Of a DNA stretch of 64,000 nt, positions 37,184 through 47,260 are shown one piece after another. The position numbers were made by a program, and so were the translations under genes. The stretch is from an uncultured delta proteobacterium. GTDB lineage: Bacteria; Desulfobacterota; Desulfuromonadia; Geobacterales; DSM-12255. The notes below the pieces were generated by a model. The model worked only from the letters and a program-made list of their open reading frames with translations, searched no databases and was not told the origin of the DNA. Numbering within the stretch: position 1 is the first letter of the stretch; each line of letters begins with the position of its first letter. Where the stretch lies: assembly GCA_963787125.1 (NCBI GenBank), contig CAWBBV010000023.1:143624-207623 (forward strand). Reading direction: 5' to 3'.

Positions 37184-38632
37184 TCACCGCATTGGCATTG
37201 CCGGTAGTTCAAGTCCTGCCATTTTCTGCACCATTCGCACTACCTGACAGCTGTAACCGAATTCGTTATCATACCAGACGTAGATGACGCAGCGGTTACC
37301 TTCGGCAATTGTTGCCAGCGAGTCAATCACCCCGGCATGGCGTGAGCCGACAAAGTCGCTGGAGACCACTTCCGGAGAGTTTGTGTAGTCGATCTGGTTT
37401 TGCAGGGGTGAATTGAGTGAAATACTGCGCAGATAACCGTTTAGTTCGGCAACAGTAACTTTTTGTGCCAGTTCCAGATTGAGAATCGCCAGCGATACGT
37501 TCGGTGTCGGCACACGGATAGCGTTGCCGGTCAGCTTGCCACTTAAGTCGGGGATAACCTTGGCAACGGCCTTGGCAGCACCGGTTTCGGTGATGACCAT
37601 ATTCAACGGGGCGCTGCGACCGCGTCTTGAGGCTTCATGGTAGTTATCGATGAGATTCTGGTCGTTGGTGTAGGAGTGGCAGGTCTCCATATGCCCATGA
37701 ACAATGCCGAAGTGGTCGTTGATTGCCTTCATTACCGGCACGATGGCATTGGTGGTACAACTTGCCGCCGAGAAAATCTGCTCATTTTCAATAATCAGTT
37801 CATTGTTAACACCGGCAACCACGTTGGGGATATCACCTTTACCCGGTGCGGTGAGGATCACCTTGGTGATCCCTTTTGCCTTGAGATGCCTGCCAAGTCC
37901 GTCACGGTCGCGCCACTTGCCGGTGTTGTCAATGAGGATTGCGTTGTGAATGCCGTACTGTTCATAGTCAACATTTTCAGGGGCATCGGAGTAGATGATG
38001 CGGATCATGTTGCCATTGGCGATAATGGCATTTTCCTCTTCATCCACGGTAATAATGCCGTCAAACTGTCCGTGGACAGAGTCGCGGCGGAGCAGACTGG
38101 CTCTTTTTATCAGATCGTCAGCACCACCTTTACGCACAACAGCAGCTCTCAGACGGAACTTCTCGCCACTGCCGGCCTTTTCAATGAGGATTCGCGCCAA
38201 TAGCCGACCGATGCGACCAAAACCGTAGAGAACTATATCCTGCGGTTCGGCGAGGAGCGGGGTGCGTCCGGTCATGATGTCTGCCAGTTCTGTGCGGATA
38301 AAGTCTTCGACAGAACTGCCGTTAACATTTGCCTGATAAAGAGTTGTCAGCCTCCCCAGGTCGATACGCGCCGGAGCCAGATTGAGCTTGCTGATAACCT
38401 CAAGTAGCGGAAAGGTTTCCTCCACCGTCAATTCGTGGTCAAGAATCTGCCGGGCAAATCGGTGCGCTTTGAGAATGTTGATCACGGTGTTATGTACCAG
38501 CGAGCGACCGTAGACAGTCACGACTACGTTGTTATCTCTGTAGAGTCGCCCGATCTTTGGCAGCATTCGTTCCGCCAGCTCCTCCTGATATTGCCACCCT
38601 TTTAAATGCTGATCAGCTTTGTTCTGGTTCAT
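37184..38632 (-). CDS. gap: Glyceraldehyde-3-phosphate dehydrogenase, long N-extended form
   Basis: YGFGRIGR, ASCTTN, TGAAKAV, WYDNE. Confidence 0.95.
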   Translation of the reverse strand: MNQNKADQHLKGWQYQEELAERMLPKIGRLYRDNNVVVTVYGRSLVHNTVINILKAHRFARQILDHELTVEETFPLLEVISKLNLAPARIDLGRLTTLYQANVNGSSVEDFIRTELADIMTGRTPLLAEPQDIVLYGFGRIGRLLARILIEKAGSGEKFRLRAAVVRKGGADDLIKRASLLRRDSVHGQFDGIITVDEEENAIIANGNMIRIIYSDAPENVDYEQYGIHNAILIDNTGKWRDRDGLGRHLKAKGITKVILTAPGKGDIPNVVAGVNNELIIENEQIFSAASCTTNAIVPVMKAINDHFGIVHGHMETCHSYTNDQNLIDNYHEASRRGRSAPLNMVITETGAAKAVAKVIPDLSGKLTGNAIRVPTPNVSLAILNLELAQKVTVAELNGYLRSISLNSPLQNQIDYTNSPEVVSSDFVGSRHAGVIDSLATIAEGNRCVIYVWYDNEFGYSCQVVRMVQKMAGLELPAMPMR

Positions 38633-38652
38633 TTTTACTCCTTTCTTGCAGT

Positions 38653-39036
38653 TTAATAGCTAAGCTCAAAAGCGTTTTTGATATGTTCGATCTGGTGTTG
38701 ATAGCTGCCATTTAAAAGGATTGCTATGACATCAAAACGAGCCGGGGTGTCGTGCAGACGGTTTCGACTAAGCCTGGTGAGGGCGTCGACCTGATCCTTG
38801 CGATTTGCCGCCGCCGGTCTGCATGACCAGAAAGACATCTTCGCCGGCAACGACCCGTTCGATAACCTCCTGCTGTGGAGGGCGGAACTGGTGAAAGCCG
38901 AAGACCGCTGCGAGTGTTTTGTGGATGGTTTTTGACATGGGAGAAGCGTATTGAAATTTACTGAACTGTTAAAGTTCATAAAGCCTGCTTTGAAGGAATT
39001 TCCCGCAAATTACCATAATGATGAGTTCAATGCAAT
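38653..39036 (-). pseudogene. Chimeric recQ'::'yraN relic (duplication join point)
   Basis: 38666-38785 copies 50463-50583 (yraN 3'); 38780-38796 and 38811-39036 copy recQ 5'; overlap at AGGGCG. Confidence 0.9.
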
Positions 39037-39110
39037 TTTCATCGCCCCTGGAATTTCTCAATACGGGATAATTCTATTGGAAGAAGTCTGCAAAAAAAAG
39101 ATAGGTACTG

Positions 39111-40574
39111 CTACGGTTCTACCTGCAAAACAGTTATTACTGACCTCCCTTTGCTGATCATCCCCTCTTTCTGCGTTACTTCCAGCGTCATCAGCTCATT
39201 TGTTGCCGGATCATAACTGTAGTCTGCCAGATAGCCGGGGCGCTGCTCGCTTTTGAGCTGCTCCTTGAACTGGGAACCGTTCCATTTGAGGCGGTGGAGG
39301 GAGTGTTTGTCGTATGATCTCATGGTGCCTACCACGAGGGAACCCATATTGCGCGGCAGAATGAGAGAGCCGTCAGCGGTTGCAATCATTCTCTGCTGCA
39401 CAAAGACCCGGCGGTAATCTTCACCCAGGTTACTGCGCTGTTCACCGGTTTCACGTTTGAACCAGGTTTCAGAACCGCCAAAGCGGTCGACGCTCTGCCA
39501 GACAGTATCCCCCTTGCCAGATTTTACGGCCAGATAACCGGCACTGTTTATCACTGCGCAGAGATTGCCGGGTGCATCAGGCTTAAAATGATTGAAGTTG
39601 TAGATAGTGCCCGGTTCAGGAAGCTTCTGCGGGTTTTTTGTGCTGAATTTAACCCCGTTTTTGACCAGTTCGAAAATGTCACCGTAAAAGTCGGTATTCA
39701 TCCCCATCTCCTGAGCAAAGATCTGCTGTGCGCCTGTGCCTAATCTGATTCCGCGGAAAAAATAGGGGAGATCCGTGGCAATCTTCTCCAGTGTTCCGTC
39801 TTTTGGGACTAATACCATGGATGCCACTGTTTCGCGGTCAACAGCAGTCAGGTAGATTTCAGGGGTTCCGTCGCCGTCCAGGTCGGCAGTGTCGATAGCG
39901 AGAATCTTGAAGCTTTTAGGGAGATCGATTTTTGCCACCATGGTCAGGCTGCTTCCCAGGCGGTAATATGAGATACTCTGTTCTCCGGCGATAAAAACTT
40001 CCCGTTCACCCGAAGCAAGTTTACGGCCCGGGGCGAGTGCGACCATGGCGCCGTCAAGCGGTTGGCTACTCCAGACTTCACGGAAAGTCCCGTTAACTGC
40101 AGCTGCTGCCTGGGCAACTATTGCCGGAGCGGCGGCAGTCGTTGGCGGCAGAGGCGCTGTAGTCGGCAGTTGCAGTTTTTCCCCAATGGTTGTCTTAGCC
40201 ACAGCCGCTGCTATTTTCTCTGCCAGTCTGTCCAGCGCCGCCGGAACAGTGTCGTCTTTATCTCCCTGCTCCAAAAGTTTTATGAAGAGCTGATCGTCGA
40301 AGCTTTTGACGGTTGCATCCAGAGTAAAAATTTTACCAAAAACGACATAACTCCCGGATATCTCAACTTCGGCCTGCTCTTTCTTTGCAACCGGAGTGAA
40401 TAGCTCGGCTTTAAGTTTTGCGGCGAGAAGTGACGGCAGGATCGAGCCTAGTTCATTGCCGTTCGGGGCGCCGACAACTTTAAAATCGCTGACAAAAGTC
40501 CTGAGCGGTTCCGGCGCAGCATAGGCTACGGCGGTAATTGCCATCAGGATAACGGTTTTCACGAAAATACGCAT
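39111..40574 (-). CDS. Exported FG-GAP/VCBS repeat protein
   Basis: Signal peptide; ADLDGDGTPEIY. Confidence 0.75.
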   Translation of the reverse strand: MRIFVKTVILMAITAVAYAAPEPLRTFVSDFKVVGAPNGNELGSILPSLLAAKLKAELFTPVAKKEQAEVEISGSYVVFGKIFTLDATVKSFDDQLFIKLLEQGDKDDTVPAALDRLAEKIAAAVAKTTIGEKLQLPTTAPLPPTTAAAPAIVAQAAAAVNGTFREVWSSQPLDGAMVALAPGRKLASGEREVFIAGEQSISYYRLGSSLTMVAKIDLPKSFKILAIDTADLDGDGTPEIYLTAVDRETVASMVLVPKDGTLEKIATDLPYFFRGIRLGTGAQQIFAQEMGMNTDFYGDIFELVKNGVKFSTKNPQKLPEPGTIYNFNHFKPDAPGNLCAVINSAGYLAVKSGKGDTVWQSVDRFGGSETWFKRETGEQRSNLGEDYRRVFVQQRMIATADGSLILPRNMGSLVVGTMRSYDKHSLHRLKWNGSQFKEQLKSEQRPGYLADYSYDPATNELMTLEVTQKEGMISKGRSVITVLQVEP

Positions 40575-40634
40575 TGGTCACCTCTGGTGTTATTTTGCAG
40601 CATGCTGCTGCAAACTTCAACCTGATCCTGGAAA

Positions 40635-41411
40635 CTATTTAAAACCCAGTCGGTTCGATATCTCGGCAGCACCACTCTTTACCAGCGGCAGCAATTCATC
40701 ATTTATCCGTGAGTCAGATAGCCGCGTCACCGGGCCGGAGATGCTTATCGCACCGACAACTGAGCCTATAGCATCGCGAACCGGTGCACTGATACTTCTT
40801 ACTCCCGGGTCAAATTCCTCATTGTCACAGGCGTACCCCTGTTCGGCCACCAGTTTGAGATGCTGCTGGAGTTCGCCTCTGTCTGTGATCGTGTTTGGAG
40901 TGTAACGGTGATACTTGCCGACCGGGAGATGTAGCAGCTGTTCCTTGCGAGCCATGAATGCCAGCTGCACCTTGCCGGTCGCAGTGCAGTATGTCGGGAA
41001 TCTGACTCCGAGGCGCGGTACGACCCGCACCATGAGATCTGACTCGACTGAATCAAGGTAGATACTGTAACGGTCTTTCATGACGGCAACGTAGGTGGTC
41101 TCTTTATGCCGGGCTGTCTGGGATTCCAATACCGGTCGTGACTGGCGCAGCAGCTCCATCTGTCTGAAGGCTGATTGGCGCAAATCGAGATTTTTGATGC
41201 CGAGCCTGTAGTTGCCGGTGCTGTTGTCCTGTTGAAGGTAATTCCTTGACTCCAGTGTTGCCAGCAGGCGAAAGACGTAATTCTTGCCCAACTGTAATCT
41301 GTCACAGAGCTCGGTAAAACTCAGTTCGGCAGTCTCTTCGCTGAACATCTCCAGCAGTTCAAATGCTCTTGAAACTGACTGGATGCTGTAAGTTGCTTTA
41401 TCCTGTTTCAC
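40635..41411 (-). CDS. IclR family transcriptional regulator
   Basis: IQSVSRAFELLE, YCTATGKV, DNEEF..GVRSISAP; GTG start at 41411. Confidence 0.93.
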   Translation of the reverse strand: MKQDKATYSIQSVSRAFELLEMFSEETAELSFTELCDRLQLGKNYVFRLLATLESRNYLQQDNSTGNYRLGIKNLDLRQSAFRQMELLRQSRPVLESQTARHKETTYVAVMKDRYSIYLDSVESDLMVRVVPRLGVRFPTYCTATGKVQLAFMARKEQLLHLPVGKYHRYTPNTITDRGELQQHLKLVAEQGYACDNEEFDPGVRSISAPVRDAIGSVVGAISISGPVTRLSDSRINDELLPLVKSGAAEISNRLGFK

Positions 41412-41492
41412 GATAAAACCTCGGCAGACAAAGGTTGGTGATGGTGCCGTGTGCAGTGCTAGTCTGCACACGGCTGCGGTTCTTGATGACGA

Positions 41493-42959
41493 TTAGAATG
41501 TCAGATTTAGGATAACCTGGGTTTTCCATGGATTATCAGGGGTTTCTATGCCGCCGGTTGCCGTGTTTTTAACGGTATCCTTGTAATAGTCGCCAAGCAT
41601 TACATAGCCGCCGACAACGCTGGCAGTGAGGTTGGAGGAGATTTTGTAGCCGATCTCAGCGTTGACCTCAGTGCCGACATACTTGCCGTTGGAATAGTCA
41701 TTTTTGGCAAGATTTTTTGGTTTGAAGGTGTTGTTGTTCTCAGCTACTCCGGCCATGCCGAGGTTTGTCTTGATGAAGGTCTTGTCGATATCCATGTCGT
41801 AACCGATAAATGCGCCCATCATCCCCTGGTTGTAGTTAGTGACAGTGTTGATAAGGGCACGGTCGGTGTTGGCCGCATACTTGGTGTTGGTCATCAGCAT
41901 TGTCATCTGTGCTGAGGAGTAGGTCGAAGTGGCATTACCGTCACCCAGCTGGTTCACACATTGGAATGCTCCTACAGAGCCTTTGCCGTCATCACCGGAC
42001 GCATAAAGAAGAGATGAGCGAAGCGTTCCAGGGCCGGCTTTCAGCTTGGCAGCAAGATTGGCGGCGTAGGCGGATACGGACTGCCCTACCTGTCCGAAGT
42101 CATTGGTCGGGTTTTCGCCTGACTGAACAAGGAGGAAGCCGTCAATAGTGCCACTGCCGAAGTTGTAGGCAGCATTGACACCAAATGTGCTGAGAATATT
42201 GAAACCGGTTTTCTCCAGGTTGGAGTAGGTCAGGTAATAGGAGCCACCGACGGTCAACTCTTTACTGAGCGCAAACTTTGCTTCAAGGATGCCGAGATCA
42301 AGAGAGTAGCGCCCCGGATTGACTGTGCCGCTTAACGATCCGGTGCCGGTAGGTGCTGGATTTACAGCCGGGATTGTCCCGTCAGCGCCGTTAAAATTCA
42401 GGTTGTCGTAGCCTCGGAGCCAACCGGCATTAACCGTAAGCCTGTCAAATTTGCTGGTTGTCATTACCCCGGCGATGTCCGTTGCCAGAAAGACACCTTT
42501 GTAGGCGTCGTCAAACGGCATGAGTCCTGCTTTTACTTTTGTCGGCAGGTTAGGTGCCTTGAATTCCATATAAACGTTTTTTGTTTCAAGATTCACCTGG
42601 TCAGTCTCCATGGCTCCACCCTGGTTGCGGGTTGAGTTCTGGCTGGCCTTGCCCTGCGATGTATCGCCCCAACGTGAGTCGATCTCGAACTGGGTAATGA
42701 TCTTTACCTCGTCCATCAGGGTGCCGGTGTACTTGAGGCGTGCTCTCTGCTCGGAATAAAAGAAGCTTTGGGCAGGATTTGTCCGGTAAAGCGGTCTTTT
42801 GCCGCTGGCGTCATTGCCGCCTGCCTGATCATAATTGGTCATATCCCCTTTGATAAGGAGCCTGCCGTTGAACTCGTGTTCCATGGCTGAGGCGCTGCCG
42901 GCCATACACCCGACTGCCGCTGCCACTACCGCTGCTTCTTTTAAACGTAATCGCTTCAT
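41493..42959 (-). CDS. Outer-membrane porin/channel (Geobacter OmpJ-like beta barrel)
   Basis: Signal peptide, EQRARLKY, FEIDSRWGD, NLETKNVY, amphipathic strands, terminal Phe. Confidence 0.78.
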   Translation of the reverse strand: MKRLRLKEAAVVAAAVGCMAGSASAMEHEFNGRLLIKGDMTNYDQAGGNDASGKRPLYRTNPAQSFFYSEQRARLKYTGTLMDEVKIITQFEIDSRWGDTSQGKASQNSTRNQGGAMETDQVNLETKNVYMEFKAPNLPTKVKAGLMPFDDAYKGVFLATDIAGVMTTSKFDRLTVNAGWLRGYDNLNFNGADGTIPAVNPAPTGTGSLSGTVNPGRYSLDLGILEAKFALSKELTVGGSYYLTYSNLEKTGFNILSTFGVNAAYNFGSGTIDGFLLVQSGENPTNDFGQVGQSVSAYAANLAAKLKAGPGTLRSSLLYASGDDGKGSVGAFQCVNQLGDGNATSTYSSAQMTMLMTNTKYAANTDRALINTVTNYNQGMMGAFIGYDMDIDKTFIKTNLGMAGVAENNNTFKPKNLAKNDYSNGKYVGTEVNAEIGYKISSNLTASVVGGYVMLGDYYKDTVKNTATGGIETPDNPWKTQVILNLTF

Positions 42960-43007
42960 ACCCACCTCCGTTTTAATTTACGCCTGCTCAAAGGCATGGC
43001 GACCTAA

Positions 43008-44063
43008 TCAGAATATCCAGAGACTCGATGCCGGAATCTCGACCCACTGTTCGCCCGGCGGCAACGGCAGGGAACCGTAGCCCCGGATGAGAGTCCCTTT
43101 GAGGTCAAAGACGTACTCCCAGGTGCTGCCCAGGTACATGCAGGTCACCAACGGCAGGCGGAGCCTGTTTTCGCCAGGTCCTGCGGCGATTGCCAGTCGT
43201 TCTGTCCGGATGACGCCGATGGCATCTTCCCGGTTCTTGTGTGGCTGGCAGAGAATCCCTTTCAGCGCCCAGCCTTCACCGGCCAGCATTGCCATATTGC
43301 CGACAGCTGTTTCTATCTTGCCGTGCAGTTTGTTGTTCGTCCCCATGAACTCGGCAACAAAGAGCGAGCGAGGCTTTTCGTACATCTCCTGGGGCGTCCC
43401 TGCCTGCTCGATGACCCCGTTTTGCAGCAGGACGATATGGTCGGACATTGCCATTGCTTCTGCCTGGTCGTGAGTCACGCAGAGGGCTGAGAGGTTGAGC
43501 TCGATGATGAGCTGCCGCAGCCAGATACGAGCCTCTTCCCGTAGTTTTGCATCCAGATTGGAGAGCGGTTCGTCCAGCAGGATGACCCGCGGTTTGTAGA
43601 CCAGTGCCCTGGCAAGAGCGACCCGCTGCTGCTGGCCGCCGGAGAGCTGGTGGGGGTGGCGATTCCCCAGATCACCCAGCCCCAGGTTACCGAGCACTTC
43701 CTTTACCAGGACAGCTATCTCTGTATCCGGAGTTTTTCTCAGCTTGAGCCCATAAGCGACGTTTTCAAAAACCGTGCGGTGGGGCCAGAGGGCGTAGGAC
43801 TGAAAGACGAAGCCGAGCGCTCTTTTTTCAACAGGTATTTCCAGTTTCAGGGCACCGTCATAAACCACCTGATCGGCAATGGTGATGTTGCCGGCGCTGG
43901 GGTATTCAAGCCCTGCCACCGCCCTGAGCAGTGTTGTCTTGCCGCTCCCGGAAGGGCCGAGCAGTGCAACAATTTCGCCTCTTTTAAGCTCTAGTGAGGC
44001 GCCTTTGAGGATGTGATTGTTCCCCAGGGTTACGTGGAGATCTTTTACCGTAAGTTCAGTCAT
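43008..44063 (-). CDS. ABC transporter ATP-binding protein (FbpC/PotA-like)
   Basis: GPSGSGKT, LSGGQQQRVALARA, LLDEPLSNLD. Confidence 0.95.
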   Translation of the reverse strand: MTELTVKDLHVTLGNNHILKGASLELKRGEIVALLGPSGSGKTTLLRAVAGLEYPSAGNITIADQVVYDGALKLEIPVEKRALGFVFQSYALWPHRTVFENVAYGLKLRKTPDTEIAVLVKEVLGNLGLGDLGNRHPHQLSGGQQQRVALARALVYKPRVILLDEPLSNLDAKLREEARIWLRQLIIELNLSALCVTHDQAEAMAMSDHIVLLQNGVIEQAGTPQEMYEKPRSLFVAEFMGTNNKLHGKIETAVGNMAMLAGEGWALKGILCQPHKNREDAIGVIRTERLAIAAGPGENRLRLPLVTCMYLGSTWEYVFDLKGTLIRGYGSLPLPPGEQWVEIPASSLWIF

Positions 44064-45729
44064 GCAGTTTAACTCCATAGCGCAGGGCGATACCCATCCC
44101 GACGCTTACCAGTAGGATATTTATTACCGACAAAGACGATACCAGTTCGATTGCGCCTGCCCCCCAGAGGGAGACCAGCAGCGAGCCGATTACCTCGGTT
44201 CCGGGACCGAGGAGGTAGACACCTGTCGAATATTCACGTTCAAAAATCATGAAGATCATCAGCCAGCTGGCCATGAGGCCGAATTTGATGAGCGGCACCG
44301 TAACGTGCCGGTCTACCTGCCCCGGTGTGGCTCCGGTGACCCGGGCGCACTCTTCAAGTTCAGGGGCTACCTGCAGCAGTGAGCTTGATATCAGCCGCAT
44401 CCCGTAGGCCATCCAGACGACTGAATAGGCGAGCCAGAGACTGAAGAGGGTTTTTCTCAAAGGGGCAAGCGGCGGGAAGAAGAGAAAAACCCAGAGGAAC
44501 GCCAGACCGGCCAGCAGGCCGGGAACTGCGCGGGGGATCATGACCGAGTAATCAAAGAGTCGTGTCCAGCCGTTGTTTTTCCTGTGGGTTGCAAGTCCCA
44601 TCAGGGTGTAACAGATGACCGAGAGGCCACCGCCGACCACACCGATAAGAACTGTGTTCAAAATGCCGCGCATCAGGTTGCTCTGTTCAAAAACAGAGGT
44701 GTAGTTCCCCAGGGTGAATGCTTCGGCCAGGGTTACCCCTTCGCCCCAGTGGGTCACAAAGGAGCGGAAGATGACCCCGGTTATGGGGAGAAATACCGTC
44801 ACTGCCAGCCAGACGAACACCGCTCCCGCAGCAATCCAGCGCCAGAAGCCGAGCGGCAGGGTTGCCTGGCGGGCGCCTTTCCCCTTGAGGGTGATGTATT
44901 TGCTGGCATTTCTTAAGAGGTAGCGCTGCATCAGCACCATCGGCAGGGTGAGGGTGACAATGCACATGGCGACCGCCGCCATCAGGTGATACGAGGGGGT
45001 GCCGAGTTTATTGGTCAGCTTGTAAAGATAGGTCGGCAGAACCAGATGCCCTTCAGGATCGCCGAGGATAAGTGCCAGACCGAACACTTGAAAGCCGAGA
45101 AAAAAGACCAGCATGGCGCTGTAGAGAACCGCCGGCATCACCATCGGCATGCTGACAGTCATGGCGACCCGCAAAGGTCCGGCTCCGGCAACCCGCGCCG
45201 CTTCCTCAACGTCCGAGCCGAGGCTTTTCAGTGCCGAGGATGAGTAAAGGTAGACATGTGGCACATGTGTCAGACCGGCAATAATGATGATGCTGACCAT
45301 GGAATAGATGTTCCAGGGGATTGTGCCGATCAGTTTCTGCACCCAGAGTGAGAAGAAACCGACCGGGCCGACTGAAACAACGTAGCCGAAGCAGAGCACC
45401 ATTGGGGAGACAAAAACCGGTATGAGCAGTACCGGCTCAAGCCATTTCCTCCCCGGCAGATCGGTACGGATCATCAAAAAGGCGAGGATTGTTCCCAGCG
45501 GCACGGAGATTATCCCCATGCCGCAGGCGATATACAGCGAATTCAGTGATGCCTTTTTAAAGTCCGGATCGGCGAAGATGAAGCGGTACGCATCCAGCCC
45601 GAGACTCTTTTCAAGCTGGAAGAACGGCGCGTTCAAAAAACTCTGGTAACAGAGCAGGCCGATAGGGAGGAAGATGGCAATCACCGTTAGGACAATCACC
45701 AGCTTCTGAGTCAAAGACATGGTTTTCAT
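44056..45729 (-). CDS. ABC transporter permease (fused, FbpB-like)
   Basis: Two EAA loops (VEEAARVAGA; LEECARVTGA); ATGA overlap with the SBP gene. Confidence 0.93.
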   Translation of the reverse strand: MKTMSLTQKLVIVLTVIAIFLPIGLLCYQSFLNAPFFQLEKSLGLDAYRFIFADPDFKKASLNSLYIACGMGIISVPLGTILAFLMIRTDLPGRKWLEPVLLIPVFVSPMVLCFGYVVSVGPVGFFSLWVQKLIGTIPWNIYSMVSIIIIAGLTHVPHVYLYSSSALKSLGSDVEEAARVAGAGPLRVAMTVSMPMVMPAVLYSAMLVFFLGFQVFGLALILGDPEGHLVLPTYLYKLTNKLGTPSYHLMAAVAMCIVTLTLPMVLMQRYLLRNASKYITLKGKGARQATLPLGFWRWIAAGAVFVWLAVTVFLPITGVIFRSFVTHWGEGVTLAEAFTLGNYTSVFEQSNLMRGILNTVLIGVVGGGLSVICYTLMGLATHRKNNGWTRLFDYSVMIPRAVPGLLAGLAFLWVFLFFPPLAPLRKTLFSLWLAYSVVWMAYGMRLISSSLLQVAPELEECARVTGATPGQVDRHVTVPLIKFGLMASWLMIFMIFEREYSTGVYLLGPGTEVIGSLLVSLWGAGAIELVSSLSVINILLVSVGMGIALRYGVKLHD

Positions 45730-46835
45730 TTTTTTGCTGTCCCCATGGCGCCTTGCCACTTGTTAAGGAAGTCGAGTCGCTTCTTCTGGTCCAGGTATTC
45801 AATGGTCTCTTTGCCGATGGGGATCGGCTTGGCTGCTTTGCCGAGCTGCTTGGAGAGGGTCGCCATGGTTGTCTCACCCTTGATGTCGCTCCGGATGGAG
45901 AAGAGGTCGGCCTTGTCGGAAATTACCTGCTGGCCGCGGGCTGAGAGGATATAGTCGGCCCAGAGTTTGGCGGCACTCGGATGCTTTGCCTGCTTGGAGA
46001 TGAACATGATTCGCGACATGACCACAGTGTAGTCCGATGGATAGACATAACCGATGGACGGGTCCTTCTTGGCTTTCATGAAGGCGTAGGAGCCGATGAT
46101 GTTGTAGCCGAGGAGCGCTTCGCCGGAGCTGATTTTTTCCATCATGGCGCCGGTACTGGTGTAGACTTTCATCCCCGCCGCACCCATTGCATTTGCCATA
46201 GGCCAGAAATCCTTGAAGTGCTTCATGTCCTGGGTGATGTACATGAAACCGACGCCGCTGCGCTCAGGATCGTAGGAGACCATTTTCCCTTTGAATTTGG
46301 GATTGGCGAGAATCTTTGCGATGTCAGCGTGGGTTTTGGGTACTTCACCCGCTGCCACCAGCCTTTTGTTGTAGATAAAGGAGATCGGCTCGTAGGTCGT
46401 GCCATAGGCCATATCTTTCCAGTTTGCCCATTTTGGCAGGTTTGCAGTCTCAGGCGATTTGTAGGCAAGGGCGTTGCCGTCGTTAACCAGCTTGATGGAG
46501 AGGTCGGCGGCTGAACTCCAGGTAATGTCACAGGTGCCGGAACCGGCGGCCACCTCACTAATGAAGCGATTGTAGAGCTCGGTGCTGTTCAGGTCGTTGT
46601 ACTCAACTTTGATGCCGGGGTAGAGCGCCTCAAAGTCTTTTAAGAGGGGGTCTACCGCTTTGGTGTCAGTCGTGCCGTAAATGACGACCTGCCCCTCTTT
46701 CTTGCCGGCATCGATCAGCTTCTGGTAGCCGGCCGGATAACCGGCAGGCGCTGCCGCTGCCGCCAACGGCAGCAGTGCTGCCAGCATTGTTGCGGCAATA
46801 GTTGCAAACCTGCGTTTTGTCTTTGTCTGCAGCAT
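45726..46835 (-). CDS. ABC transporter substrate-binding protein (FbpA/AfuA-like)
   Basis: Signal peptide; KEGQVVIY, AKHPSAAKLWADYILS. Confidence 0.9.
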   Translation of the reverse strand: MLQTKTKRRFATIAATMLAALLPLAAAAAPAGYPAGYQKLIDAGKKEGQVVIYGTTDTKAVDPLLKDFEALYPGIKVEYNDLNSTELYNRFISEVAAGSGTCDITWSSAADLSIKLVNDGNALAYKSPETANLPKWANWKDMAYGTTYEPISFIYNKRLVAAGEVPKTHADIAKILANPKFKGKMVSYDPERSGVGFMYITQDMKHFKDFWPMANAMGAAGMKVYTSTGAMMEKISSGEALLGYNIIGSYAFMKAKKDPSIGYVYPSDYTVVMSRIMFISKQAKHPSAAKLWADYILSARGQQVISDKADLFSIRSDIKGETTMATLSKQLGKAAKPIPIGKETIEYLDQKKRLDFLNKWQGAMGTAKK

Positions 46836-46902
46836 ACATCCTCCTTGAATGGTTTTTGTCTGTCAGATGGATCTCTGAAATCAGAATATATAATGAGGTG
46901 TT

Positions 46903-46918
46903 AGCAACTGACGCGCCA
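46903..46918 (-). promoter_or_regulatory. Sigma54 (-24/-12) promoter for the ABC/porin operon
   Basis: Minus strand TGGCGCGTCAGTTGCT = GG-N10-GC. Confidence 0.85.
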
Positions 46919-46992
46919 AGTTTAATGAATGATATAACTGCCTGTAAAAATTCAGCTTAATGCGTGTAAGGGCGATATTTTAGAATGGAAAG

Positions 46993-47099
46993 GGGATAAC
47001 CTGAGTTATGGTAAAAGGCCGGTCAGATGGCAAAACAGCCTATAAAACATATGGTTATCCTTTTGATAACCATATGCATTGCTATAACCAAGGTTATGG
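46993..47099. promoter_or_regulatory. Putative enhancer (UAS) cluster of ATAAC/GTTAT half-sites
   Basis: ATAACCTGAGTTAT, GGTTATCCTTTTGATAACC and ATAACCAAGGTTAT, about 75-180 bp upstream of the sigma54 promoter. Confidence 0.65.
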
Positions 47100-47260
47100 G
47101 GTTTGCGGTTTTGGTAGGGAGCTGGAGCGGGAGCAGTGAAAAAAATAGAAAATTGTTTTGAAAATATGACGATATGCGTAAGTTGATGCTGCAAGGTTCG
47201 AAACTTGATTGCCGAGCCGTTCTGCTAGGTTATAACATTTGCGAACTGAAGTGGTACAGA

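Noticed and set aside
38653..38979. 108-aa ORF as a functional new gene
   Set aside because: Composed of an off-frame recQ copy plus the yraN tail; treated as a duplication relic.
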